From an uncultured Acidobacteriaceae bacterium (GTDB taxonomy: Bacteria; Acidobacteriota; Terriglobia; Terriglobales; Acidobacteriaceae): a DNA stretch of 64,000 bases. The position numbers and the translations under genes are program-made. The stretch covers positions 44,379-108,378 of the forward strand of contig CAVPTB010000003.1 of NCBI GenBank assembly GCA_963708575.1, written 5' to 3'. Numbering within the stretch: position 1 is the stretch's first letter; each line of letters opens with the position of its first letter. The notes beneath the pieces were generated by a model. That model was given only the letters and a program-made list of their open reading frames with translations. It was not told the DNA's origin and ran no database searches. Shown here piece after piece: positions 56,592-64,000 of this stretch.

Positions 56592-57176
56592 TCACTTTTT
56601 TGAATTGCCGTACTCGGTGGTGTAGTGCAACTGGATCTCGCCGCAAGTGCCCTGTTCCGGAGAGTAGACGATGCAACTATCAAAGGGTCGGGAATAGACG
56701 TGCAGGCTGACCGCCCGCTGCTCGAAGTGACGAGGGTTGTAGACGCGATGGACTGGGTCGTTGGGATCCACGGCGCAAGGATGGTCGGGGTTCATTTCCA
56801 CGGTGTCTGCCACTTCCAGCTTGCAGGTGCCGGATTCGAGGTTCTGCGCGATGAGATGGAAGTTTTCGACCATCAACTTGCCGATAGGAACTGCCATCCA
56901 GCAATTCTGGTCCTGGTGATTATGGACGGAACTGGCCTGACCGACTTCCCAACAGATGGCGATGAGTTCGTAGAAGGGCGTCTTGTCGATGAGGTTGCGG
57001 GTGTAGTGCTGGCGGTCCCAAGTCAGGTATGGGGTCAGGGTGTCCGGGGATACCGGAGTGGTTTGGAGGTAGCGGATGACCTGGCTGGTGGTCTCGAAGG
57101 CCTGCTCGGGAAACCTGCGGAGACCGGCGACGAAATCGTCGATGGATACGGGATGGGTTGCTGCCTGGGCCGTCAT
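56592..57176 (-). CDS. Cysteine dioxygenase type I-like cupin
   Basis: WEVGQASSVHNHQ..., VSLHVYSRPFDSC. Confidence 0.75.
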   Translation of the reverse strand: MTAQAATHPVSIDDFVAGLRRFPEQAFETTSQVIRYLQTTPVSPDTLTPYLTWDRQHYTRNLIDKTPFYELIAICWEVGQASSVHNHQDQNCWMAVPIGKLMVENFHLIAQNLESGTCKLEVADTVEMNPDHPCAVDPNDPVHRVYNPRHFEQRAVSLHVYSRPFDSCIVYSPEQGTCGEIQLHYTTEYGNSKK

Positions 57177-57311
57177 TCCTCACCTCACAAAACCTTCCAG
57201 TATAGCGGAGGTTGGGAATTTGACGGGAGGGCCTTCGCTTTTTCTAAAGTTAGGGCGAGGCCCGGGGGCCGCAGCGCTACGTTGGATACGGCGCTACTTT
57301 ATTACTCGTAA

Positions 57312-58415
57312 TTATTCGTAGGCTAGGGCGTCTATCGGGTCTTTTTGAGCGGCTTTGTAGGCCGGGTAGAGGGCTCCGAGGATGGCACCAATGATGGCGA
57401 TGAGAGTGGCCCGCAGGATCCATCCACCGGAGACGACGACCGGTAGGGTCGGTAAGCGGCTGTGAATTCCGACCCGCGCAAGCAGACTGATGACGACGCC
57501 AGCGATGACACCGCCGATGGCGAGCAAAACGGTTTCCCGAAGGACGACATTGACGATGTAGAGCTTGGAGGCGCCCAAGGATTTCAGGATGCCGATCTCG
57601 CGGGTGCGTTCCATCACAGCCGTGTACATAGCCTGAAAGATCACGATAAAGCCGATGATGATGGAGATCCCGACGACGAAATCGATGAACTTGGATAGGC
57701 CGGGATAATTGGAGGTCGTCATCATTGACAGGTAATAGGCCATAGAGGAAGCGACGTAACGCTCCATGCCGGGGACTTTCTTGATCTCATTGACAATCTC
57801 ATCAGCGTTGGCGGGGTTGTCAGCCTTGATATAAAACACTGAAGCTTTGTTTTGCGCGCCGTTCAAATCCTGAAGAGTGGAGATCGGCAGGAATTTGCGG
57901 GCGCCTCTGCCCGGTTCGACGATTCCGGCGATGCGAAAGCTGTTGTTCAGGATTTCGATGGTGTCGCCAACTTTGACTTTCTTGGATTTAGCGAAGAAAT
58001 CGTCAACCAAGGCGTCGTTGGGACCTTGAAAAGGCCCGCCATCAATGTACCGGAAAGGGCCACCTAGGGCCTGGTAGCTCTGAAGATCGATTCCCGCGAT
58101 CATTTCCAAAGTGCCGCTGGTGGAGATCAGGGTAACGACAGGAGCGACTACGGCGACGTGCGGGAGTTTGGCAAGAATGTCACCGATCTTGATCGACATG
58201 GGCGAACCGGTAAGGCCGACGATGTACGACGATCCCGGAGGCATGACGATGACATCCGCTCCGATTCCCGCCTGGCGGCTGCGGCTGTCATTCAGCATGC
58301 CGAGGCACAGACCGACGATCAAGAGAATCAAGGTAACTTCAAGCGCGATGGCGATGACGCTGATAAGCGAGCGGACCGGCCGGTAAGTCAGATTGGCAAA
58401 AACCATCTTGTTCAT
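57312..58415 (-). CDS. ABC transporter permease (FtsX/MacB-like)
   Basis: N-terminal TM, large periplasmic domain, C-terminal FtsX-type three-TM bundle (REIGILKSLGA). Confidence 0.9.
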   Translation of the reverse strand: MNKMVFANLTYRPVRSLISVIAIALEVTLILLIVGLCLGMLNDSRSRQAGIGADVIVMPPGSSYIVGLTGSPMSIKIGDILAKLPHVAVVAPVVTLISTSGTLEMIAGIDLQSYQALGGPFRYIDGGPFQGPNDALVDDFFAKSKKVKVGDTIEILNNSFRIAGIVEPGRGARKFLPISTLQDLNGAQNKASVFYIKADNPANADEIVNEIKKVPGMERYVASSMAYYLSMMTTSNYPGLSKFIDFVVGISIIIGFIVIFQAMYTAVMERTREIGILKSLGASKLYIVNVVLRETVLLAIGGVIAGVVISLLARVGIHSRLPTLPVVVSGGWILRATLIAIIGAILGALYPAYKAAQKDPIDALAYE

Positions 58416-58450
58416 GAGTTGAACTTTCCGCTGTTTAACAAGCTTTGATT

Positions 58451-59383
58451 CTACCGGATGGCGCCGCCTGATGGCGCGGGAGCGGGCGATGCCTGGGGCT
58501 GGTCGAGGTGAACGATTGAGGCTCCGGGGGGCTGCTCCAGAGCGAACTTGTCATCGGTGAGAGGCAGGTTGAGATCCAGCTTCACGATGGTGAGGGTGAT
58601 GTCGTATTCCTCCTGAGGGCGAGAAATATCGATTTGCCAGGGGAAGTTCACCCCGTTGGCGTCCTTGTAATTTTGATACATGGCGTTGGTGGCGACATTT
58701 CCTTTGTCGTCGTAGAGCAGCTGACGATGAGGCAGAAGATCGTTGCGGCTGAAAACAACTTTGCGGGACAAGCGCCAACCCTGGTCGGTTTTGGCGATGA
58801 CGTCGATGATGTAGTCAGCGCGGCTGACCGCACGGCTTTTGGGGTCGGAAGGAATTTCAGTGTCGTTCTCGAGGACGGCGATCTCCTTCTCCGGATCGAT
58901 GCGGCGCAACAGCAAAGCATCGTAAAGGTGCTGGGGACGAAGGTTTTCCAGGGGCTGCGCGGGGTTGTAGCTGGGGATGTCATTGCGTCCGACGACGAAA
59001 CGGTTCTTCGGCGGGATCCAGAGCTTGAACTCGCTACCGTCGCTGACCATGTCAAAAGCCTTGTTACGCACGATTGGCATGAGACCAATCATGCGCAGCA
59101 TGGCGGGCTTGCGGGCCAGGACGTAGCCACGAATCTGCTCGTAGTCAGTTACCTTGCCCTTCTTCACTCCGCCGACCGTGGTGTCGATGTCAACAGTGGC
59201 TTGGAGGCTCTGGACGCGCTGGGCCTGAGTATTGATGTAGTCGATAAGCTGCTGTTGAGTTGCAGTCTTGAACTGAGTGATGTCGAAGGGTTGTTCCACC
59301 TTCCGGGAGCGGAAAAGGCATCCGCTCAAGGGGAAGACGGCGAGACACATCAAAATGAGGCGGTATCGGGTAACCCACGACAT
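58451..59383 (-). CDS. Lipoprotein, LolA/LolB-like fold (outer-membrane lipoprotein-sorting family)
   Basis: Lipobox LAVFPLSGC. The fold assignment is a recollection-based guess. Confidence 0.6.
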   Translation of the reverse strand: MSWVTRYRLILMCLAVFPLSGCLFRSRKVEQPFDITQFKTATQQQLIDYINTQAQRVQSLQATVDIDTTVGGVKKGKVTDYEQIRGYVLARKPAMLRMIGLMPIVRNKAFDMVSDGSEFKLWIPPKNRFVVGRNDIPSYNPAQPLENLRPQHLYDALLLRRIDPEKEIAVLENDTEIPSDPKSRAVSRADYIIDVIAKTDQGWRLSRKVVFSRNDLLPHRQLLYDDKGNVATNAMYQNYKDANGVNFPWQIDISRPQEEYDITLTIVKLDLNLPLTDDKFALEQPPGASIVHLDQPQASPAPAPSGGAIR

Positions 59384-59481
59384 CAGATTCTTAGATCCAA
59401 GCGGTTCGGGATTTTGATGAGTATAAAGGAAAATGGGATGCGGTATCTGCGGCTGAGCTGGATTAGTGGTGGAGTGGAAGG

Positions 59482-60462
59482 CTATTTGCCGGTGGTTAGT
59501 TTGCGATAGGCAGCGACGTTGCGATTGTGCTCTTCGAGAGTGTGGGCAAAGCGGTGATGGCCATTGCCGTTGCTGACGAAGTAGAGGTAGTCCGTGACAG
59601 CGGGATGCATGGCGGCTTCAAGGGAACTCTTGCCAGGGTTGGCGATGGGCCCGGGAGGCAGGCCGGGGTGGGTGTAGGTATTGTAGGCGGAATCGAACTT
59701 CATGTCTTCGTGATGCAAGGCCCCGGTGTAAGCGTTCTGTAAAAGCTCCGCATAGATGACGCTGGGATCGGCCTGGAGAGGGATACGCTGATTCAGCCGG
59801 TTGTAGTAAACGCTGGCAACTTCGGGACGTTCTTCAGGGGCTCCGGTCTCCTTTTCGATGATTGAGGCCATAGCGACTGTCTCGGGGATATTGGTGATGA
59901 GACCAATCTCCCTGGCTGTCTGGCGGAACTGATGGACCATGGCGGCGGCCATCTCTTCCATGGTCTGAGTTCGAGTGAATTCATAGGTATTGGGAAAGAG
60001 GTAGCCTTCGAGAGAGGTGGCCTGGGGAGCGAGATCGGATATGAGAGTGACGTCAGTGGTCGCGACCTTTAGGAAATCTTCTTTCGAACCCAGACCGGCT
60101 TGGGCAATCGCGTCAGCGATGTCGAACAGATTGAATCCTTCGGGGATAATGACGGTGTGGACGTAGATGTCACCGCGAACGAGGCGGCTGTGAATATCCA
60201 GAGCGGTGGCAGGCTTATCGAAAAGATATTCTCCGGCTTTCAGGGAGCGGCGGCGATGAAGATAGTGCCATAAGATAAAAGCGTCGGCGCTGCGGATGAG
60301 GCCGGCAGATTTCAGTTCGGTGGCGATGCGCCGGGTGGAGTATCCGGGATGCAGCAGAACGAAGGTCTGAGTGGCGGGGGTCACGGGCGAAAGAAGAGCC
60401 CAGGCCAGCCATCCGCCAGTGGCGAGGATGACAAGCAATAGAAGTGTGACAAAAGTACGCAC
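59482..60462 (-). CDS. mltG: Endolytic murein transglycosylase MltG (YceG-like)
   Basis: N-terminal TM, ...ASIIEKETG..., YNTYTHPGLPPGPIANPG. Confidence 0.9.
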   Translation of the reverse strand: MRTFVTLLLLVILATGGWLAWALLSPVTPATQTFVLLHPGYSTRRIATELKSAGLIRSADAFILWHYLHRRRSLKAGEYLFDKPATALDIHSRLVRGDIYVHTVIIPEGFNLFDIADAIAQAGLGSKEDFLKVATTDVTLISDLAPQATSLEGYLFPNTYEFTRTQTMEEMAAAMVHQFRQTAREIGLITNIPETVAMASIIEKETGAPEERPEVASVYYNRLNQRIPLQADPSVIYAELLQNAYTGALHHEDMKFDSAYNTYTHPGLPPGPIANPGKSSLEAAMHPAVTDYLYFVSNGNGHHRFAHTLEEHNRNVAAYRKLTTGK

Positions 60463-60597
60463 CGTGTGGATAGTTTAGACGAAGAAGGGGCATTGCTCGT
60501 TCACACCAAAGTTACCTATTGGCGTCAGTCGTCGGTCTTCGGCGGGTGGTCGTCGGCTGTCGGTCATGGTTGAAGGGTGAAAGGAATGGGGTCATTT

Positions 60598-61566
60598 ATG
60601 AAAGGAATCCAAGTAAAAATTGTGGGCGGTCCAGAGGCGATGGAACTTGTGGATTTGCCAGTTCCGCAACCTAAGCCGAATGAAGCGGTGGTGAAGTTGG
60701 CGGCGTCGGGAGTGAACTTCATCGATGTTTATCAACGGGAAGGCCGGTACAAGTTGCCGCTGCCATTCGTCCCAGGGCAAGAAGGAGCGGGAACGGTAAC
60801 AGCGATAGGGGCGGAAGTGTCCGGCGTGAAGACCGGGGACCGGGTGGCGTGGGCGTCGGTATTGGGATCTTATGCGGAGTATGCGGCGGTTGCGGCGGAC
60901 CGGCTGGTGGCAATTCCGGAGGGAGTGACCGAGCAGCAGGCTGCGGCAGTGATGCTGCAGGGCATGACCGCGCACTACTTGTGCTACGACACGTTTCCCG
61001 TGAAACGAGGACAAACGGTTCTGGTTCACGCTGCGGCGGGCGGAGCGGGGTCGCTCTTGGTACAGATGGTGCACAACATTGGGGCTCGGGTGATTGGCAC
61101 GGTATCGACGGAAGAAAAGGCCAAGATCGCGCGCGAAGCGGGAGCCGACGAAATTATTTTTTATACCAAGGTTGATTTTGAAGAAGAGACGAAGCGGCTT
61201 ACCGGCGGGAAAGGCGTCGATGTGGTTTTTGACAGCGTAGGCAAAACGACTTTCGAAAAGGGTCTGAACGTGTTGCGACCGCGGGGATACATGGTTTTGT
61301 TTGGGGGATCGAGTGGGGCGGTGCCTCCGTTTGATTTGATTCAGTTGTCGCAGAAGGGATCGTTGTATGTGACGCGACCCACTCTGGTGCAGTACATTGC
61401 CACGCGAGAGGAGCTGGAGAGGCGGTCGGGGGACGTGTTCAAGATGATTCGCGAAGGCAAGCTGAAGGTGAGGATCGCGCATACGTATCCGTTGGCGGAG
61501 GCACGCCGGGCGCATGAGGACCTGGAAGGGCGGAAGACTACGGGAAAGTTGCTGCTGATCCCGTAA
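60598..61566 (+). CDS. qor: NADPH:quinone oxidoreductase (zeta-crystallin-like MDR)
   Basis: MKGIQVKIVGGPEAMELVDLPVP, GVNFIDVY, AAAGGAGS. The nominal GTG at 60577 is an alternative start. Confidence 0.9.
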   Translation: MKGIQVKIVGGPEAMELVDLPVPQPKPNEAVVKLAASGVNFIDVYQREGRYKLPLPFVPGQEGAGTVTAIGAEVSGVKTGDRVAWASVLGSYAEYAAVAADRLVAIPEGVTEQQAAAVMLQGMTAHYLCYDTFPVKRGQTVLVHAAAGGAGSLLVQMVHNIGARVIGTVSTEEKAKIAREAGADEIIFYTKVDFEEETKRLTGGKGVDVVFDSVGKTTFEKGLNVLRPRGYMVLFGGSSGAVPPFDLIQLSQKGSLYVTRPTLVQYIATREELERRSGDVFKMIREGKLKVRIAHTYPLAEARRAHEDLEGRKTTGKLLLIP

Positions 61567-61568
61567 GA

Positions 61569-61982
61569 TCAGATTAAGCGAAGCTCGGAAAAATCTTGCC
61601 TGTATCTGGTGGCATCCAGCGTCATCAGTCGATCCGCGGAGATGGAGGCGTGTGCCGCAATGATGAAATCAGCCGGCAAACGTTTGGGGACTCTCACTTT
61701 GGAGCTACGTCGTCGGTCAGCATAATTTGCGAATGCTTTGGCGGCTCTCAGCCAGACTAATTGCCCGAGATCAAAATCGACCACGATGTTGGTATCGAGC
61801 AGGAATTGATCGACAAAGCTGACGGTAACCTTTGGGTGCGCCAACAGTTCCGCATAGACTGGAGCGGAGATGACAAGTCCACCTTCCGCATAGGCTGAGT
61901 CCAACTGTCCTTCGATCTGGGAGGCGGTGGGTTCACCGGACCAGAGCGCCGAAAGAACACTTGTATCAAGCGCAGTTCTCAC
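61569..61982 (-). CDS. vapC: Type II toxin, PIN-domain VapC
   Basis: ALDTSVLSALW N-terminal PIN motif. 4-nt overlap with the antitoxin gene. Confidence 0.9.
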   Translation of the reverse strand: MRTALDTSVLSALWSGEPTASQIEGQLDSAYAEGGLVISAPVYAELLAHPKVTVSFVDQFLLDTNIVVDFDLGQLVWLRAAKAFANYADRRRSSKVRVPKRLPADFIIAAHASISADRLMTLDATRYRQDFSELRLI

Positions 61983-62230
61983 GAATTCGGCTCTTCGTCG
62001 CGAAGGTCACGCACCCACGCGTTGATCTCTTCAGGACCTTCGGGGAAGGTCCTGAGGACTCCTTTATATTTCTCGAACATTTTGGGAGCGGAACGAGCTG
62101 GACGAATCACAGTCTTGTCATCTTCGATCACGAACTCCACTCGATCACCCGGAGAAAGGCCGAGGCGATGGCGGATTTCCTGAGGCACGGTGACCTGTCC
62201 TTTGGCGCTGATAGAACTGGAGTACTTCAT
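61979..62230 (-). CDS. vapB: AbrB/MazE/SpoVT-family antitoxin (VapB)
   Basis: SAKGQVTVPQEIRHRLGLSPGDRVEF swapped-hairpin motif. Confidence 0.85.
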   Translation of the reverse strand: MKYSSSISAKGQVTVPQEIRHRLGLSPGDRVEFVIEDDKTVIRPARSAPKMFEKYKGVLRTFPEGPEEINAWVRDLRDEEPNS

Positions 62231-62279
62231 TCTTTACCATTATGACATAAAGTAAAGAACTGCGGTAAACCTATCTAAA

Positions 62280-62951
62280 CTACAATATTTTGTTATGCTT
62301 ACGGGAATACCTTATCGCGTATGTCGGAGTCTTTGTGAATTCTGCCAGGCGCGGGTCGTTGATGGGATCTCCGGCGGTTATCTCTAAAGGAATGACTCCG
62401 GCCCAAGTGGGAAATGAGTAGTCCTCTTCGTCGTCGATGGGATCGCCCTGACGAACTTTGGCGGAGAATTCGTCAATCGGCAGACGCAGGACGGAAGTCG
62501 CTTTCAATTCTTTTTCGTTGGGCTGGCGCGACTCGACCCAGCGTCCCGGCAGGATGTGCTCGGAGAGCAGGCGCAGGGCCTCTAACTTTTCTGCGGGGTC
62601 ATCGACCAAAACCGCATTCCCCAAGATCACGACCGAGCGGTAGTTCATCGAGTGATTGAAGATGGAGCGGGCGAGAACCAATCCATCGAGAATGGTGACG
62701 GTCACGCAAACCGGGAGACCGCGATCGAGGTGGCGCAGCATGCGGCTGGCAGCGGATCCGTGAATGTATAAGTTGTCGCCGACGCGTCCGTAGCCAGTGG
62801 GAATGACGAATGGCTGGCCATCGGACACGAAACCGACGTGGCAGATGAAACCTTCGTCGAGGATTTGGTAAGCGGCGGCGCGATCGTAGATGGCTCGTTG
62901 AGGCTCGCGGACGACACGGGTGCGAGCAGTTGGTGCGTTGGATTCGGGCAT
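62280..62951 (-). CDS. Pyridoxamine 5'-phosphate oxidase family (FMN-binding split barrel) protein
   Basis: CHVGFVSDGQPFVIPTGYGRVGDNLYIHGS. Confidence 0.85.
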   Translation of the reverse strand: MPESNAPTARTRVVREPQRAIYDRAAAYQILDEGFICHVGFVSDGQPFVIPTGYGRVGDNLYIHGSAASRMLRHLDRGLPVCVTVTILDGLVLARSIFNHSMNYRSVVILGNAVLVDDPAEKLEALRLLSEHILPGRWVESRQPNEKELKATSVLRLPIDEFSAKVRQGDPIDDEEDYSFPTWAGVIPLEITAGDPINDPRLAEFTKTPTYAIRYSRKHNKIL

Positions 62952-63011
62952 CGCGGAGTGGGCTCCCAGGCAATCGCCAAGAATGTTGAGAGTTTAGCAG
63001 GAAGTGGGAAA

Positions 63012-63080
63012 AGCTTGACACAGAGGACACCGGGTCAAACCTTTCACCACCAAGGACACTAAGGAGCACTAAGGAAGCTT
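63012..63080 (+). repeat. Family-1 repeat
   Basis: gcttgacacagaggacaccgggtcaaacctttcaccaccaaggacactaaggagcactaaggaagc. About 18 nt from the CPBP stop. Confidence 0.75.
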
Positions 63081-63098
63081 TGGCCGGAACTTAGTTTG

Positions 63099-64000
63099 CT
63101 AGAGAGAGCGATAGCGAGCTTGCTGATAGCGACGGCTGAAGAGTATGGCGCTTATTGCCAAGGCGACGGGAGTGAAGACACTGGCTTCGGGACCCACGGT
63201 GCCTCCGGTCAGCCAGCGGGCTCCGGCAAAGGTGGAATTAAGCAGGTTGTGATAGGGCAAGATACCGCTATCCGGGACACCGTAGAAGAAGGTTTGTCCC
63301 CAATCCCAGCCAGCGTGGAATCCGATGGCAAACCAAAGATCGCCAGTGCGGCGGATGAACAAGCAGAACAATAAACCGAAGAGGACAACGGACAACAGTC
63401 CGAAGATGGTTTCGCCGTTGTTGCCCAGATGAGCGAGGCCGAACAAGGCCGAGAGCGCAAAAGCTGCGGGCCAGTAGCCGATGCCGCTGGCTAAGGTGAA
63501 CTGGGTGTATCCGCGAAAAGAGAACTCCTCGGCGAGTCCGACGATCAGGAAGGTGACGGCCCAGGCGGCGGTCGCTGCGATTATGGTGGCTCCGTGAATA
63601 GCTAACCCGGTAACGCGGAAGCCGTGGAATGCGAAGATCGCGAGCAGTGTGCCGGAGATGGAGAGGAATCCCCAGACAGTTCCCTTCCAGAAATCCTTGC
63701 CTAAAGCGCCGGACCACGGGAGACCGTACTGGGAAAACTTGCGGTGTTCGATCCTCGACATGATGAGCGCGGGGATGACGGCGAGGAAAAAGATGGTTGC
63801 TTCCGAGATGCCCAGACCTAGCGGCGTGAGTTGGGAGGCAGCGAGCTGACCCCGATTTGCCAGGTGCGCGACCGCCGCAGCCATCAGCGACAGAGCCGCA
63901 ATGGCAAACATGAAAGCAAAATAGAGGAGCAGGCGCCATCCCGCGCGCAGGCCGTTGGGACCGGTGAAGATGGTGTATTTGGGTGAAGGCGGCGCGGGCT
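63099..64000 (-). CDS. CPBP family intramembrane glutamic endopeptidase (partial; open to the window end)
   Basis: GLAEEFSFRGY and FGLAHL motifs. The frame stays open upstream of the ATG at 63911 (...PNGLRAGWRLLLYFAF). Confidence 0.8.
   Translation of the reverse strand, partial: PAPPSPKYTIFTGPNGLRAGWRLLLYFAFMFAIAALSLMAAAVAHLANRGQLAASQLTPLGLGISEATIFFLAVIPALIMSRIEHRKFSQYGLPWSGALGKDFWKGTVWGFLSISGTLLAIFAFHGFRVTGLAIHGATIIAATAAWAVTFLIVGLAEEFSFRGYTQFTLASGIGYWPAAFALSALFGLAHLGNNGETIFGLLSVVLFGLLFCLFIRRTGDLWFAIGFHAGWDWGQTFFYGVPDSGILPYHNLLNSTFAGARWLTGGTVGPEASVFTPVALAISAILFSRRYQQARYRSL

Noticed and set aside
1-64000. tRNA, rRNA, tmRNA, RNase P, SRP RNA, transposase or integrase genes
   Set aside because: I scanned the intergenic regions by eye for the conserved cores (GGTTCGAATCC-type T-arms, GAGGAAAGTCCGG, the SRP GGAA/AGCA helix 8) and for DDE or tyrosine-recombinase-like ORFs, and found none. 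This is a negative result without tools, so short or divergent RNAs could have been missed.

Overview
64-kb chromosomal segment, most likely from an Acidobacteriota (Terriglobia-like) genome. That assignment is an inference from gene content only: a GxxExxY protein, a TIGR03118-type propeller, GloVer/HAF/FG-GAP secreted repeat proteins and characteristic intergenic repeats. I count about 60 protein-coding genes, mostly on the minus strand. Housekeeping genes recognised by motif: hom, ddl, arginase, asnS, ggt, coaE, folD, apt, acyP, efp, trpE, trpG, cdaA-cdaR-glmM, polA, mltG, treS. These are interleaved with accessory blocks of secreted repeat proteins (7.8-17.1 kb and 36.4-39.4 kb) and two VapBC toxin-antitoxin pairs. 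I found no rRNA, tRNA, CRISPR array, transposase or integrase. Main observations: (1) A SAM-I riboswitch, with its own promoter and intrinsic terminator, precedes a zinc-ribbon ThrC-like PLP enzyme, a MoaD/ThiS-like sulfur carrier ending GG-AT, and hom. This suggests a protein-thiocarboxylate route to homocysteine rather than threonine synthesis. (2) A strand-asymmetric, purine-rich intergenic repeat family with a 9-10 nt CACnAAGGr sub-period occurs at 10 or more intergenic loci. Its arrays bracket one VapBC cassette, and a divergent member forms a near-perfect 31-nt inverted repeat around the GxxExxY gene, resembling an rRNA intervening-sequence stem. (3) A second, AT-rich palindromic repeat family occurs next to asnS and efp. 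(4) An S41 peptidase homolog has both catalytic residues apparently substituted. (5) There are at least seven reading-frame disruptions (alpha/beta hydrolase, thrC-like, asnS, DUF4126, and several in a GloVer gene). These are either real pseudogenes or assembly indels and need read-level verification. All product calls rest on motif recognition by eye; no database search was run. Hand-derived coordinates of non-CDS features may be off by 1-2 nt.
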